This document shows positions 40,589 to 52,073 of a stretch of 64,000 nt of DNA, piece by piece. Location: assembly GCA_037447605.1 (NCBI GenBank), contig CM074812.1, positions 2,356,001 to 2,420,000 of the forward strand. The letters are read 5' to 3'. The notes beneath the pieces were generated by a model. It ran no database searches. It was not told the origin of the DNA and saw only the letters and a program-made list of their open reading frames with translations. The first letter of the stretch is position 1, and the number at the start of each line of letters is the position of its first letter. Both the position numbers and the translations under genes were made by a program. The stretch comes from Zygnema circumcarinatum SAG 698-1b. Lineage: Eukaryota; Plantae; Zygnematophyceae.

Positions 40589-43202
40589 TCACGCCTTTGG
40601 GCTGTCGGCTACTCTTGCGGAAGCCTTCACTCCCTCTACCCCCCCCTTATTCTCTCCTCCCCCNNNNNNNNNNCCTCCCCCTCCCCCTCCTCCCCTATGC
40701 AGCCTCCCTCTCGTCACCTCTCTCCTCTTCCTCCTCGCTTCCGCCGCTGCCGTCGCCGCCGCCGCCATTGCCGGATTGGCCGCCGCAGATTTCTGACTCC
40801 CCGGAGTGTTCCGACTGTTCGGAGGAGTCCCAAAAGACGACGACGGAGGAGGGGGGGTGTTCGCACCGAAACCGGATAAGTGAAGGTCAAGAGAGCTGGT
40901 TAAGGAAGTTTGCCTGCTAGGGGCGGCAGCGGCGACACTTGTCAAGCTATGGCTTCTAGAAGCTCCTCCCTCTCTCCCTCCCTCTCTCCCTCCTCCCTCG
41001 GATTGCATCTCGACCGACCCACCTCTCCCACTGATGGGAGACTGTGCTCTTCCCATAGAGGGAGAGGGCGATACGAGAGACCCCTTTTGGGAGACCCCTC
41101 CTCCTCCTCCCCCTCCCACTCCCACTCCCACTCCCACTCCCACTCCCATTCCCACTCCCATTCCCACTCCCATTCCCACTCCCACTCCCACTCCCTGCCC
41201 ACCTCTCGGCTTCCCTCCCGCTACCCCTCCCAACGACAACACAACGGAGCCCACATGGAACGGCCCCCCCCCCCCCAAGTCTGAAGGGGGAGATGTCGGT
41301 GAAGCTTCAGTTTTCGGAAACCCTAATTTTGCAGAGCGAGAGGATTCCACGCTCCCTTCTCTAACGGAATCAGTTCGAGTCCACGGAGTTCCATGCGGTC
41401 CTAAACTGAGCCCTAAACTGAGATTAGGACTCCCTCCCTCTCCAAAAACACTCGCATTTTGCGAATTTATCATATAACTTCCGTTCCGTTCCAACATTCC
41501 AAAAGGACGACCTCCCAATGGTCCTTCTCTCTCTGTTCTCTCTCCTCCCACTCCCACTCCCACTGAGTTTGCCGTTCCATGAGTGAATGCCGGAACTATT
41601 CCGTAGCCCACAAGTCCGGGCAGCCCCAAAAACCTTTGCGCCTCCATTCCGGGCAGCCCCATAAACTTCTGCGCTGCCCCAAAGGGAGAGGCTGAGGTAG
41701 CGGAAGGTCGGGAGGGAGGAGGAATTCCTCTCTCTCCTCCCTCTCCTCTCTCTCCTCTCTCACTACTCTCTTCCATAGGGGCTTCTGCAACGGCAGTCAT
41801 TGCTGACCGGTGTGAGAGAGAGAGGTGGGAGGGAGGTGATGGATTACTACCAGGCCCCATTCCAGCAGAGAGAGAGGGGAGAGAGTGGAGAGACCCGGGA
41901 GGTGGTTCTACCATTTGTACCCCAACAGAGCGATGATTTTCTGATATATTCTTTCCTTCATTCTGCGCTGACCCAGAATCAGTACTTCGCCGGCTGCTCC
42001 CTGTAGTCACTGGCATAAACCCCTGCTGTACTAATTTCGATCTGGGAGAGAGGCTTGCAGAGTGAGAGGGGAAAGAACGGGAGGGCCGAGTTTCCTCTCC
42101 CCCTCTCTCTCTCTCTCTCTCTCCCCCTCCTCCCCCTCCCCCACTCTCTCTCTCTAGGGACGGAGCAGTAGCCATGGCTGCTGAATGCATCGCCATGAAC
42201 GGAGGAGGAAAGTAAGGTGGAAGGAAAGCCCCCCCTCCCACTCCCACTCCCACTCCCCCTCCCCCTCCTCTCAGACCCCCTCTCTCTCCCCCTCCAGGGG
42301 ACCCCATCCCGCCACCTGGCGCAAGCTGATTGGCTCCAAGCTGCGCTGCTGCAGCCATGGCTGCTATGGGAGAGAAAGCTTCGACTTTGATTCCCTCCTC
42401 CCTTCTTTCACTCTCATCCTTCCATTCCTTCACTCCCTCTCCCTCCCCCTCTCCCCTCCTCCCCTCCCTCCCCTCCCACTCCCCTCCTATCCCCCTCCCA
42501 CTCCCCCTCCCCTTCTCCAGTCCCCCTCCCAGTCCCCCTCCCACTCCCACTCCCACTCCCACTCCCACTCCCAACATACTCAAAAATCCCGCCATAGTCC
42601 CCCCCATTCCGTTGGCATAAGCAGCCGCTGCAACTGCCGCCGCTGCCGCCATTTGGTTGTAATCAGGACGGGCAGGGGCTGCCGACGTGGCAGGGGGACC
42701 GCCAGGTGTCCAGCCCTGATTGGCCATCGCGGCCGCGTGGGCGGCAGGACCGCCAGGTGTCCACGTCTGATTGGCCGACAAGGCGGCAGCTTGGGCGGCA
42801 AAGGCCCAAAAGGCGTGGGGATGGACAGGTGGCAGAGCGGAGGGAAGGTACGGAAAGACATGTGGCAGCGCGGGATTGGTCGGAGGGGGGGGAGGGGGTT
42901 TGTCGGGAAGTGGGGGAGGGAGGGAGTGGGGAGAGGGGGAGGGGGGGGAGGGGGAGAGGGGAGGGGGGGGTCGACACGTGGCGCGTTCTGAAGGGCGTGT
43001 TTGGAGAGCTGGGAGAGGGAGAGACAGAGGGAGGGAGGGAGGGAGGGAGGGACGGAGGGAGGGAGAGTTAGCTGGGGGAGGGGGAGTGGGGAGTGGGGAG
43101 TTGACGAGAGGGAGAGGAAAGAGGGAAATGTAGGGAGAGAGTGGAGGAGGAAGAGGGAGAGGGACGGCAGGGAGGGAGGGGAGGGAGAGAGCGAGTGTAC
43201 GT

Positions 43203-43274
<72 letters not shown>

Positions 43275-45004
43275 GGAGAAAGAGGGAGGACGAAGGGTAT
43301 AGCGTGACAGACAACTCTGAATCAGTACTGCCCTGGTGTTCTCTCAAGAGGCGGCATGAGGAATGGTCTGGATTGCAAAGTACTGGTTCTACCTCGTCTT
43401 GGAGCGCCTGTTGTTGACCGACCAGCATTTGCCATCTCAGCTTTTCTGATTCCACCTCCTGAAAAGAAAACGAAAGGAATGAAAAATAATACTAGAAAGT
43501 AATAAGAAAATGAAATAAGATTGAAAAAAGAATAAGAAATTCTTCCTCAACTTTTTTTTTTTTGTGTTTTTTGTTTTTGTTTTTGTTTTTGTTTTTTTTC
43601 TTTTCTCTCTTACCTGCTTTATGGTTTCGTTGACGGCTTCAAGACTCATCACTTGTTGAATGAGCTCTTCGCAAAGCACCTGCGAAAAAGAAAGAACCCT
43701 TTGACTTTGACTTTGACTTTGACCTTCACTCCCTTGACTCCCTTGACCGCCCTCGATTTTGTTTGACTTCGTCGATTTTGCATGCCACTGCTTTGCCTTG
43801 ATTTTTAATGACATTGTTTGACATTTTTCCCTTCCCGTTGACTATGTTTGACTCCCTTTCAACTATACGTATATAGCTCTACATAGCTATCAGGCCAAAC
43901 AGCTAATTTCTACATATATATATATTACATATTCTCTTTGAGCTATATAGCTAATTTCGGTCTTTCGGGTTTTTAGGGCTTTAAGGTTTTAGGGCTTTAG
44001 GGTTTTTGGGGTTTTTGGGGTTTTAGGGTTTTAGGGTTTTTAGGGTTTAGGGTTTTCAGGGTATTAGGGTTTTTAGGGTTTAGAGTTTTAAGGGTATTAC
44101 GATTTTTGGGGTTTTTAGGGTTTAGGGTTTTTAGAGTTTTAGGGTTTTTAGGGTTTTAGAGGTTTCCAGTGTTTTTAGGGTTTAGGGTATTAGGGTTTTT
44201 AGGGTTTTTCGGTTTTTAGGTTTTTAGGGTTTTAGGGTTTTTGGGGTTTTTAGGGTTTGGGGTTTTTAGGGTTTAGGGTTTTAAGGGTATTAGGGTTTTT
44301 GGGGTTTTTAGGGTGTAGGGTTTTTAGAGTTTTAGGGTTTTTATCGTTTTTAGAGTTTTAGGGTTTTTAATTTTTTTTAGGGTTTAGGGTTTTTAGGGTT
44401 TTGAGGGTTTTGAGGGTTTTAGGGTTTTTAGGGTTTTAGGATTAGCCATCTACATATATAGCTAATTATATAGTCAAATTTACATACATAGATATATATA
44501 TTCGTATAAAATAAGCACCTGCTTCTTCCGAATGGTTTGGCGCGCTGACTCGCGGTTTGCCTGCAACCTCCGAAACCGTCGGACTGCCTCATCAGGCTGC
44601 GGGGGGCCAGGCAGGAGGGAGGGAGGGAGTCAGCTCCCTCTCCCTCTCCCTCTCTCGCTCTCTCCCCACCTCGCTATAGAGAAAGTCGGAATGTGAGAGA
44701 GAGGGAGGGGTTCAGCTCCCTCTCCCTCTCCCTCACCCTTCCCCCTCTCTCTCTCCACCTCACTATGGAGAAAGTGGGAGATGGGAATGGGAATGGGAAT
44801 GTGAGAGATTAGGAGGGGGTCAGCTCCCTCTCCCTCTCCCTCACCCTCTCCCTCGCTCTCTCTCAACCTCCCCCTCTCCCTGAAGAAAGTGGGAATGTGA
44901 GAGAGAGGGAGGGAGGGTGGGAGGAAGGGAAAGAGACATAGACAGCGATAGATAAAAAGGAGAAGAGAGAGAGAGAGCGAGAGAGAGAGAGAGAGAGAGA
45001 GCGC

Positions 45005-45048
<44 letters not shown>

Positions 45049-48000
45049 GAGAGAGAGAGGGGGATCAAGCCCACCTCTGCCGATCCTGACCCTGTGCTTC
45101 CCCCTTGGGCCTCATCAACCGGTCTCTCCCGCTTCTCTCCCACGAGCTTTGTCCCTCTGTCCTTCGCATTTCCCTCTCGCTCTTTCTCCTCCCTCCACCT
45201 CTCTCCCTCCCCCTCTCCCACCCTCCCTACCCCTTCCATAGCAACTCCCTCCCCCCTCTTTCCAGCCTCCATGGATGGGGGGGGAACTGTTCCCATGCCC
45301 GTAGCTCCGTTAAACGGCCACGGTTTCCGTTCAACCACCATGTATCCACCACCTCCCTCTCCTCCTCCTCCTCCTCCCTCTCTCTCTCGCTCTTGCATCT
45401 TCACCTTTCCCACAAAGCTGCCAACCTGATGCCTTCTCCCTCCTCCCTCCTCCTCCCTCCCTTTCCATCCATCGCCACCTGCTGACTATGCCCTCCCTCC
45501 TGCCCCTCCTTCCTCCCTCTTCTGCCACCTTGAAACTCCCTGCGCTTTCCTCTCCTCCTCTCAGCCCTCCTCCCACTTCTTCCCACCTGGGCTTAATTCA
45601 GAGCCTTCCCACAGAGGTCCTCCCGAGTCCTCTTTCATCCACTCTTACTCCCCTTCTCATTCCACTCCCACACCCATTTCTACTTCCGTCATAGGCTTCT
45701 CCTCATTCCACTCCCACTCCCACTTCTACTTCACTTCTCACTCCCCACCCTCCCACTCTCCCTCTTGACCACTCCAGTAGTCACTTCTTCCTCCCCCTTG
45801 CTGCCAGTAGGGACATGGGATCCTTTTCCGGCCACCAGATTTTTCCGAATCAAAATATTGGACTCCGAAATTCGAATTTTCTCCTGTCGGTATCCGCTGT
45901 TCAATATCAAATTATATTTACAAATAACCAGCAAAGGATTCGTCAGTCCTTAAACACTAAAAACCAAACAAACCCAACAAGCCCTGAAGAACTCAAACAA
46001 ACANNNNNNNNNNNNNNNNNNNNNNNNNNNNNNNNNNNNNNNNNNNNNNNNNNNNNNNNNNNNNNNNNNNNNNNNNNNNNNNNNNNNNNNNNNNNNNNNN
46101 NNNTCAAACTCATGCTTGACTTAACAGACATGGAAGTTTCCGGAAGGTTCCGAGAAGAAGCTCCGAATGCTGAAGCCAAAGTTGCCGGAGTATCGGATAT
46201 CGCTCTCCTTATCACTCCACTCTTCTCTCCCTCCCTCTCCCTCGGCTTCTCCCTCTCCCTCCCCCCTCCACCCTCCTGTTTATCCTGCTCCTTCTCCTTC
46301 GCAATCTCCCTCTCCGTCTCCTTCTCATTCTTCCGCTCTCGCTCTCCCGCTCCCTCCCCATCCTCCCGCACCTTCTCCTTCTCCCGCTCTCCCCCTCTCT
46401 GCTCCCTCTCCTTGTCCCTCTCCCGTTCTCCCAATCCCCCTCCCTTCTCCGTCTCCTTCACCCTCTCCAGCTCTCCCCCTCCCCCTACCTTCTCCCTCTC
46501 CCTCTCCCTCTCCTTCTCTTTCTCTCTCTCCCTCTCCCGCTCTCCCTCTCTCATTCCCGCCGCTCTCCCTTCCAAGGACGCTTCCAGAAGCATCTTCGGA
46601 AATGTTCCCACATTCGCTTTCATCTTCGCCAAAACTTCGGCCAAACTCGGACGGTTAGAAAAAGCAGCCGACTTTGAATTTGTGGAAATTTTCGTTATTT
46701 TCGGAGACGACGAAGAATCGTCATTTGAATGATTTTTTAAGTCAAACCTCGACTCAATTTGGGTCTCGTTTGCTTCTCCGGAATTTTTCACAATTTCTAC
46801 ACTTTTTCCGGCTGCCTGACTGCCAGGTGTCGCTTCCTCATTCGCTGTTGCATCCGCCCCTTTTCGTCCCTCTCCTCCTCGTTCTTCTCTCTCTCCCTCT
46901 CTTCCTCCCTCTCCTCGCCCTTCTACTCCCTCCTCTCCCTCTCCTCTCTCTCCTCCTCCCTCTCCTGGCCTCTCGCTTCCCTCTTCTCCCCCTCCTCCCT
47001 CTCCCTTCTCTCCCCTCTCTCTCCCCTCTCCTTGCTCCCCTCCCACAACAACTGCCGCTTCCAAGGGGACGACAGATGGAGCCTCTGTTCCGTTATTCTT
47101 TACAGAAACGGAAACGGAGGCACATGTAGCACCCTTCGAAAGGTCTTCAGAAAGCCCTGCGGCCACTGAACCCTCTCCTTCCTTAAACCCTAATTTTTGC
47201 ATTTCTCCGCTCTGCTCAAGAGCTTTAATGGAAGCCGTAGCCACTGCGCTCTCTTCTCTATCTCTCCAACTCTCCCTCTCTCCTCTCTCTCCCTTGGTCT
47301 CTCTCTCTCCGCCCCCTTCCACTCCCAATTCACAGTCAACCCTGAGCTTCTCCTCTTCATCACCACTGTTCTCCCTCTCAGAGCTGTCAAATCGCTTGAC
47401 AGTCTCCTTCTCTCCCTCTTTCTCACTCTCTATCCTCTCCTGTACCTTCCCTTCTACTGCTCCAGTGAGATTATTCTCTGCATCATGCCGTCTCTCTCCT
47501 TCTCCTCCTCCTCCTCCTCCTCCTCCAGTTCTCCCTCCCTCCATCATATCATCACTCGTCCTCATGAGTTTCACTGCAGCATCCACCTCCATATGCCCAT
47601 CCCTCCTCTCTCTCTCTCTTTCCCTCTCCCTCTCCCTCTCGCTCTCCCTCTCCCTCTCCCTCTGTTTTTCCCTCTCCATCTCCTTCTCCTTCACCTCCTC
47701 CCTCTCCCTCTCCTGCGCCTCTCTCTCTCTTCTCTTCCTCTCTCCTTTCTCTCTCCCACTCTCCTCCACCCTTCCCAGCTCTCCAAAGGTTCGGATCCCA
47801 GCCAATACCAGGGCAGCATCCAATTCATCATCACAAACTTCAGCCATCATCTTCCCTCCTCCCTCCCTCCTATCTCCCTCTCTCTCTCCCTCTCTCCTCT
47901 CTCCCTCCATCGACTCCTCCCTCGACCCTCCCCCACTCCCTCCATGGCTCCCCTCCTCACTCCTCTCCTTCTCCCTCTCCCTCTCTTCTCCTTTCTTCGA

Positions 48001-48249
48001 CCTCTTCACAGAACTCCCCCCGTTCCCTATCTTCCGTCTCCGTTTATTCCGTTGAACTGAATTTGCTTCCCCCATGGAACCTCCAGCTGGCGCCTTCCTA
48101 TCCTCCGCCGAACCGCCGGCCAATGGCACGCTGCCCCGTGGCACCCGCCCCTCCTCTCCGTACCCAGTCCTGGACTGCCATGTGGCACTAGAAACAGCCA
48201 ATGGCGCGTTGACAGGTGGCACTCCCCTGATCAATCCCTGCCTTGTCAT
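40589..48249 (-). CDS. bZIP62: Group J bZIP transcription factor (bZIP62-like); 5' exons probably extend to about 49100
   Basis: Exon 44596-44519 ([26 protein letters not shown]), exon 43679-43614 ([22 protein letters not shown]) and an exon from 43458 (EVESEKL). Also an N-terminal ELDAALVLA motif and C-terminal [18 protein letters not shown], both recalling AtbZIP62. Some exon borders are obscured by N gaps. Confidence 0.85.
43965..44440. repeat. Intronic telomere-like array (TTTAGGG/TTTTAGGG/TTTTTAGGG variants)
   Basis: About 50 degenerate units between the basic-region and zipper exons. Confidence 0.9.
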
Positions 48250-48810
48250 CCTTCAAAATTCGAAATAAACGGATCTGCTACCTGCACACATCAACAAAGA
48301 AAAAAAATCACGAAATTTACTTAGAGTACTTTCAATGAAATTTCAATTAAGGACAGTTCTATTTCTTTAATCAAATCATTAAATGAAAAAAAAAATGGAA
48401 AAAGCGACGAAATTAGAAGGAAGCGCTTGTGCAGGCTTCGACTTCTCCTCTTCTTTTTACATCGGTGAGGTCTCAACGCTGATGCATGTTGAAGAGAGGA
48501 AGGAGAGAGAGAGAGAGAGAGAGGGGGGGGAGGAGAGAGACAGAGAGAGAAAGGGGAGGGAGGGAGAGAGAGAGAGGAAGAGAGAGGGAGCGAGAGAGGA
48601 CGAAGAGAGAGAAAGGAGGGGAGGAGAGAGACAGAGAGAGAGGGGGAGGGAGGGAGGGAGAGAGGGGGAGAAAGTCGGGGGAGGGATAGAGAGAGAGGGA
48701 GCGAGAAAGGACGGGGAGAGAGAGAGACGAGGGAGAGGAAGGGAGAGAGTTGGGGGGGGAAGGGGGTGAGGGGATTTAGGAGAGAGATTAGAGGGGAGAG
48801 GGGAGGGTGA

Positions 48811-48855
<45 letters not shown>

Positions 48856-49299
48856 GAGAGAGAAGAAGAGAGAGACAGAGAGAGAGAGAGAAAGAGGGAG
48901 AGAGAGCGAGAGAGAGCCCCTACAAGCATTGCTCCACAGACGCCTCCGCCTCCTTCTCCGTCCCCATGGCAGGCCCTCGCTCTCCCTCCCTCTCTCTCTC
49001 TCCCTCCCCCCTCCATGTCATGCATGCCTCCATGCCCATCCCCATGCATGCCCCCCCCGCCCCCCCCCATCCCCCCTCCATCCCTAACCCCCCCCCTTAG
49101 CCCTGCTGCCAAGCTTCTGGCCCTGAACCCTAAAACCCCTAAAACCTTAAAACCTTAAAATATCAACAACCAAATACCCTTCCAAAACCCTAAACCCTAC
49201 AACCCTCCAAAATTCAACAACTGGCAAAATTCTGAACCCTAGAACCAGCAGCGGCGGCGCTGGATTGCTCGTCCACATGGCGTGGTCATCTCCATGGGC

Positions 49300-50500
49300 C
49301 AAAGAGGCGCCACGTGGCGCGTGAAAAGCGCCGCCTTTCACGCTCGTCGCGATCTCGCACGTGCAAAGTGGAGACCAAATGGGAGGGCGCCACGTGGCAG
49401 GGAGGGGCTCTTGCCGACGGCAGAAATGTGGCAGAGGCGGCCACCAACCAGAAGTGACCTGCCATGCGACACCGTACAGTGTGTGGAACAGTTGCGACAA
49501 ATATTAACTAATCATAGCAAGCCACGTGTCCCAAGCGAATTCATGCGACTTTTTGCGACGATATGCGACGTCTGGCGACGTTTTTTGACTGACTTTTGAG
49601 CGACTACAGGGAGGCATGGCGACGTCCGGAAACGGACATCCATGCGACCGCATGCAACGTAATACGACGAATGCGACGTATTGCGTCTTTGTGCGATGAT
49701 TTGCGACAGATCCGATGGAGGATCCTTTTTCGCAAATCCTTGGAGACGGAGTTCGCGTGCCGCGCAAAAGGCGGAGAATGGCGCGCTCTAATTGGTCAAA
49801 ATTTGAAACATGCGTACGTGGACCAATGGTGTTGCAGAATGTCGACACGTGGTGCACCACGGGGCCGCCAAGTGGCAGAGTCGGCGCCGATTCTGCAGCT
49901 TTCTTGACACGTGGGACGAGGAGGTCCTGCTGACGTGGCCGCCCGAGACGCGTCTTTTCACCAAACGTTTTTTTTCTGCCCGACGTTTGGTCGGAGCCCG
50001 TTTGGGGATGCCACGTCAGCATATAGACACGTGGCAGAAAGATAGGGCCTCTACGTGGACAATCGAGTGTACGAAAATGTAGGAATAGGTCGGTGGTCTT
50101 GGAAGGCCTGTACGGAAAGTTTCAGATTTGATGTTCCACCGACATGGGTGGAGGCCCGCTCGTGTCTTGGACGAGCCACGTCCGCAAAACGACAAAGTTA
50201 GTGGGGCCCCTTACGTATCCTTAATCCCATTGGGCGGGCCGCCATTGAGCGTTCTGTGTCTAAAGATTTGGACCAATGGGAATGTGCCACATCGGAAAAT
50301 GTATTAACGTGGCAATCACTTGTTGGCGGAAAGGGTCAAACAAAGTCCTGTCGAGTCATGATGTTGGTGCTTGGGAGAATTGACCAATCAGGGAGCAGCA
50401 GTGGGCTGTCTTGTCCATGGTGTTGACACGTGGCGAAAGGGAAGGCGTCGATGTGGCGCCACGTCAGCCGGGCATTGCAGGGCCTATCCGCCCGCGGGCC
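49300..50500. promoter_or_regulatory. G-box (CACGTG/GCCACGT)-rich intergenic region upstream of the bZIP gene
   Basis: Many CACGTG and CCACGTC motifs plus CCAAT elements in the divergent bZIP/QWRF intergenic region. Function is inferred. Confidence 0.45.
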
Positions 50501-50529
50501 GAAGAGGTCAGAATATTCAATCTCGTTTT

Positions 50530-50635
50530 TAGGTTGAGGGTTTTAGGATCTAGGATTAAGGCTTAAGGTTCAAGGTTTAGGATTTCAGGTGAGGGTTTTA
50601 GGATCAGGGTTTAGGGTTAGGGTCAAGGGTTAAGT
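50530..50635. repeat. Degenerate TTAGGG/TTTAGGG telo-box cluster
   Basis: AGGGTTTAGGGTTAGGG and variants. Confidence 0.7.
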
Positions 50636-51149
50636 GCAATCCATGATTTAATCAAACACTCTCAAGATTGCCAAGCCCTAATTTTAGCAGAACTGAAACT
50701 GAAACTGAAACTCAACGGCTCAGATAAGGACAGAGCGATTTGTAGAGCATGGAAAACGGGCTCCGTTTTACGGTTCTATGATTCAAGTTCTTGTTACGTT
50801 TTTCGAACCGTGTGACAAAGCACCCTTCCATAGCCCTTTCTCCATCGCCAATTGTCGTCTAGCGGATTGTCGCCTAGCGAATTTGTCCCTTACGGTAGCT
50901 AATTTGTAGAAGGAGATGTGGCATTGGTCTCACGATGGCGATGATGCCATCACATGTGCATGGACAACAACAACATGGGAACCACGAGGAACTCGTCACA
51001 AAGGGATTGTACAAACTTTTGTATGACTTTATCAAGGCCCATGCGACTACATCGAGTTTTGCCCATTGATTGACTTTTTCAAGGCCCAAGCGTCTACTTT
51101 ATCGAGTCTGGTCTTTTTTGTGACTTTATCGAGGTATTTGCGTCTTACC

Positions 51150-51524
51150 TATAGATCCGTATGTATCAAACGCGTGTATTAATACACTGTATAATACATG
51201 CGTATTATACAACATTTTAAAAATACAGTGTATTTTTAATGTATTTAACGTATTTTTTTTATTTTCGTGGTTAGTTGAACAAAATTTGATTATAATATTG
51301 AAATTCCAGCACTTGCCAAGTCACGTCACTTGCCAAACACTCAACACGTGTGACTTGGTCCGTACACGTTCGTACACCCATTCCGTACATGATTTCCGTA
51401 CGGGTCTATGTTCCGATTGTACGGCTGTTAACAGTTGCGTTAAGGTATTATACAGTGTATAATACAGTATTAATACTGTATTATACATTGTATCGAACCT
51501 CAAAGTGTATAATACGGATCTATA
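51150..51524. mobile_element. hAT-type non-autonomous element (MITE), 375 bp
   Basis: Perfect 13-bp TIRs TATAGATCCGTAT (51150-51162) and ATACGGATCTATA (51512-51524). Perfect 8-bp TSD GTCTTACC (51142-51149 and 51525-51532). AT-rich interior. Confidence 0.85.
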
Positions 51525-51674
51525 GTCTTACCGTATCGAGGCTTGCCGGCGACGAGGGATTTTGGCGCGGTCTCGTCCTTGGTACCGTACAGGTAAGAAG
51601 AACTTGGAGGACGCTTTGGACGACTGTAACTTTAATAGAGGACGTATTTTTCGCGTGGTATGCAATCTGAACTA

Positions 51675-52065
51675 GTTTGCAGTTTGCAGTTTGCAGGTCA
51701 TGCTGTGAGCCTATGAGGCCATGACTTGCAGCCCTCTGCAGTTTGCAGTTTGACAAGCTGCTAGTTTGCAGTCTACAGTTTCTAGTTTTTAGGGTTTGCG
51801 AGACAACGCAGTTCCAGTTTTCTGCATTCTTTAGATTCCGAACAGGTGGCAGCTTTTGCCATGAGTAGTTTGACAGTTTTTTAGGGTTTGTAGTTTGCAG
51901 TTTGCAGTTTGCAGTTTTCAGTTTTTAGGTTTGCAGTTTGCAGATTGCAGTTGCGAGTTTGCAGTTTTTAGGGTTGCAGTTTGCAGTCTGCAAAGCAGTT
52001 TGCAGTTTGCAGTTTTTAAGATTGCAGTTTGCAGTTTGCAGTTTTTAGGGTTGCAGTTTGCAGTT
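51675..52065 (+). repeat. Heptamer array (GCAGTTT)n just upstream of the QWRF start codon
   Basis: Read directly. Confidence 0.9.
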
Positions 52066-52073
52066 CAGCGGCT

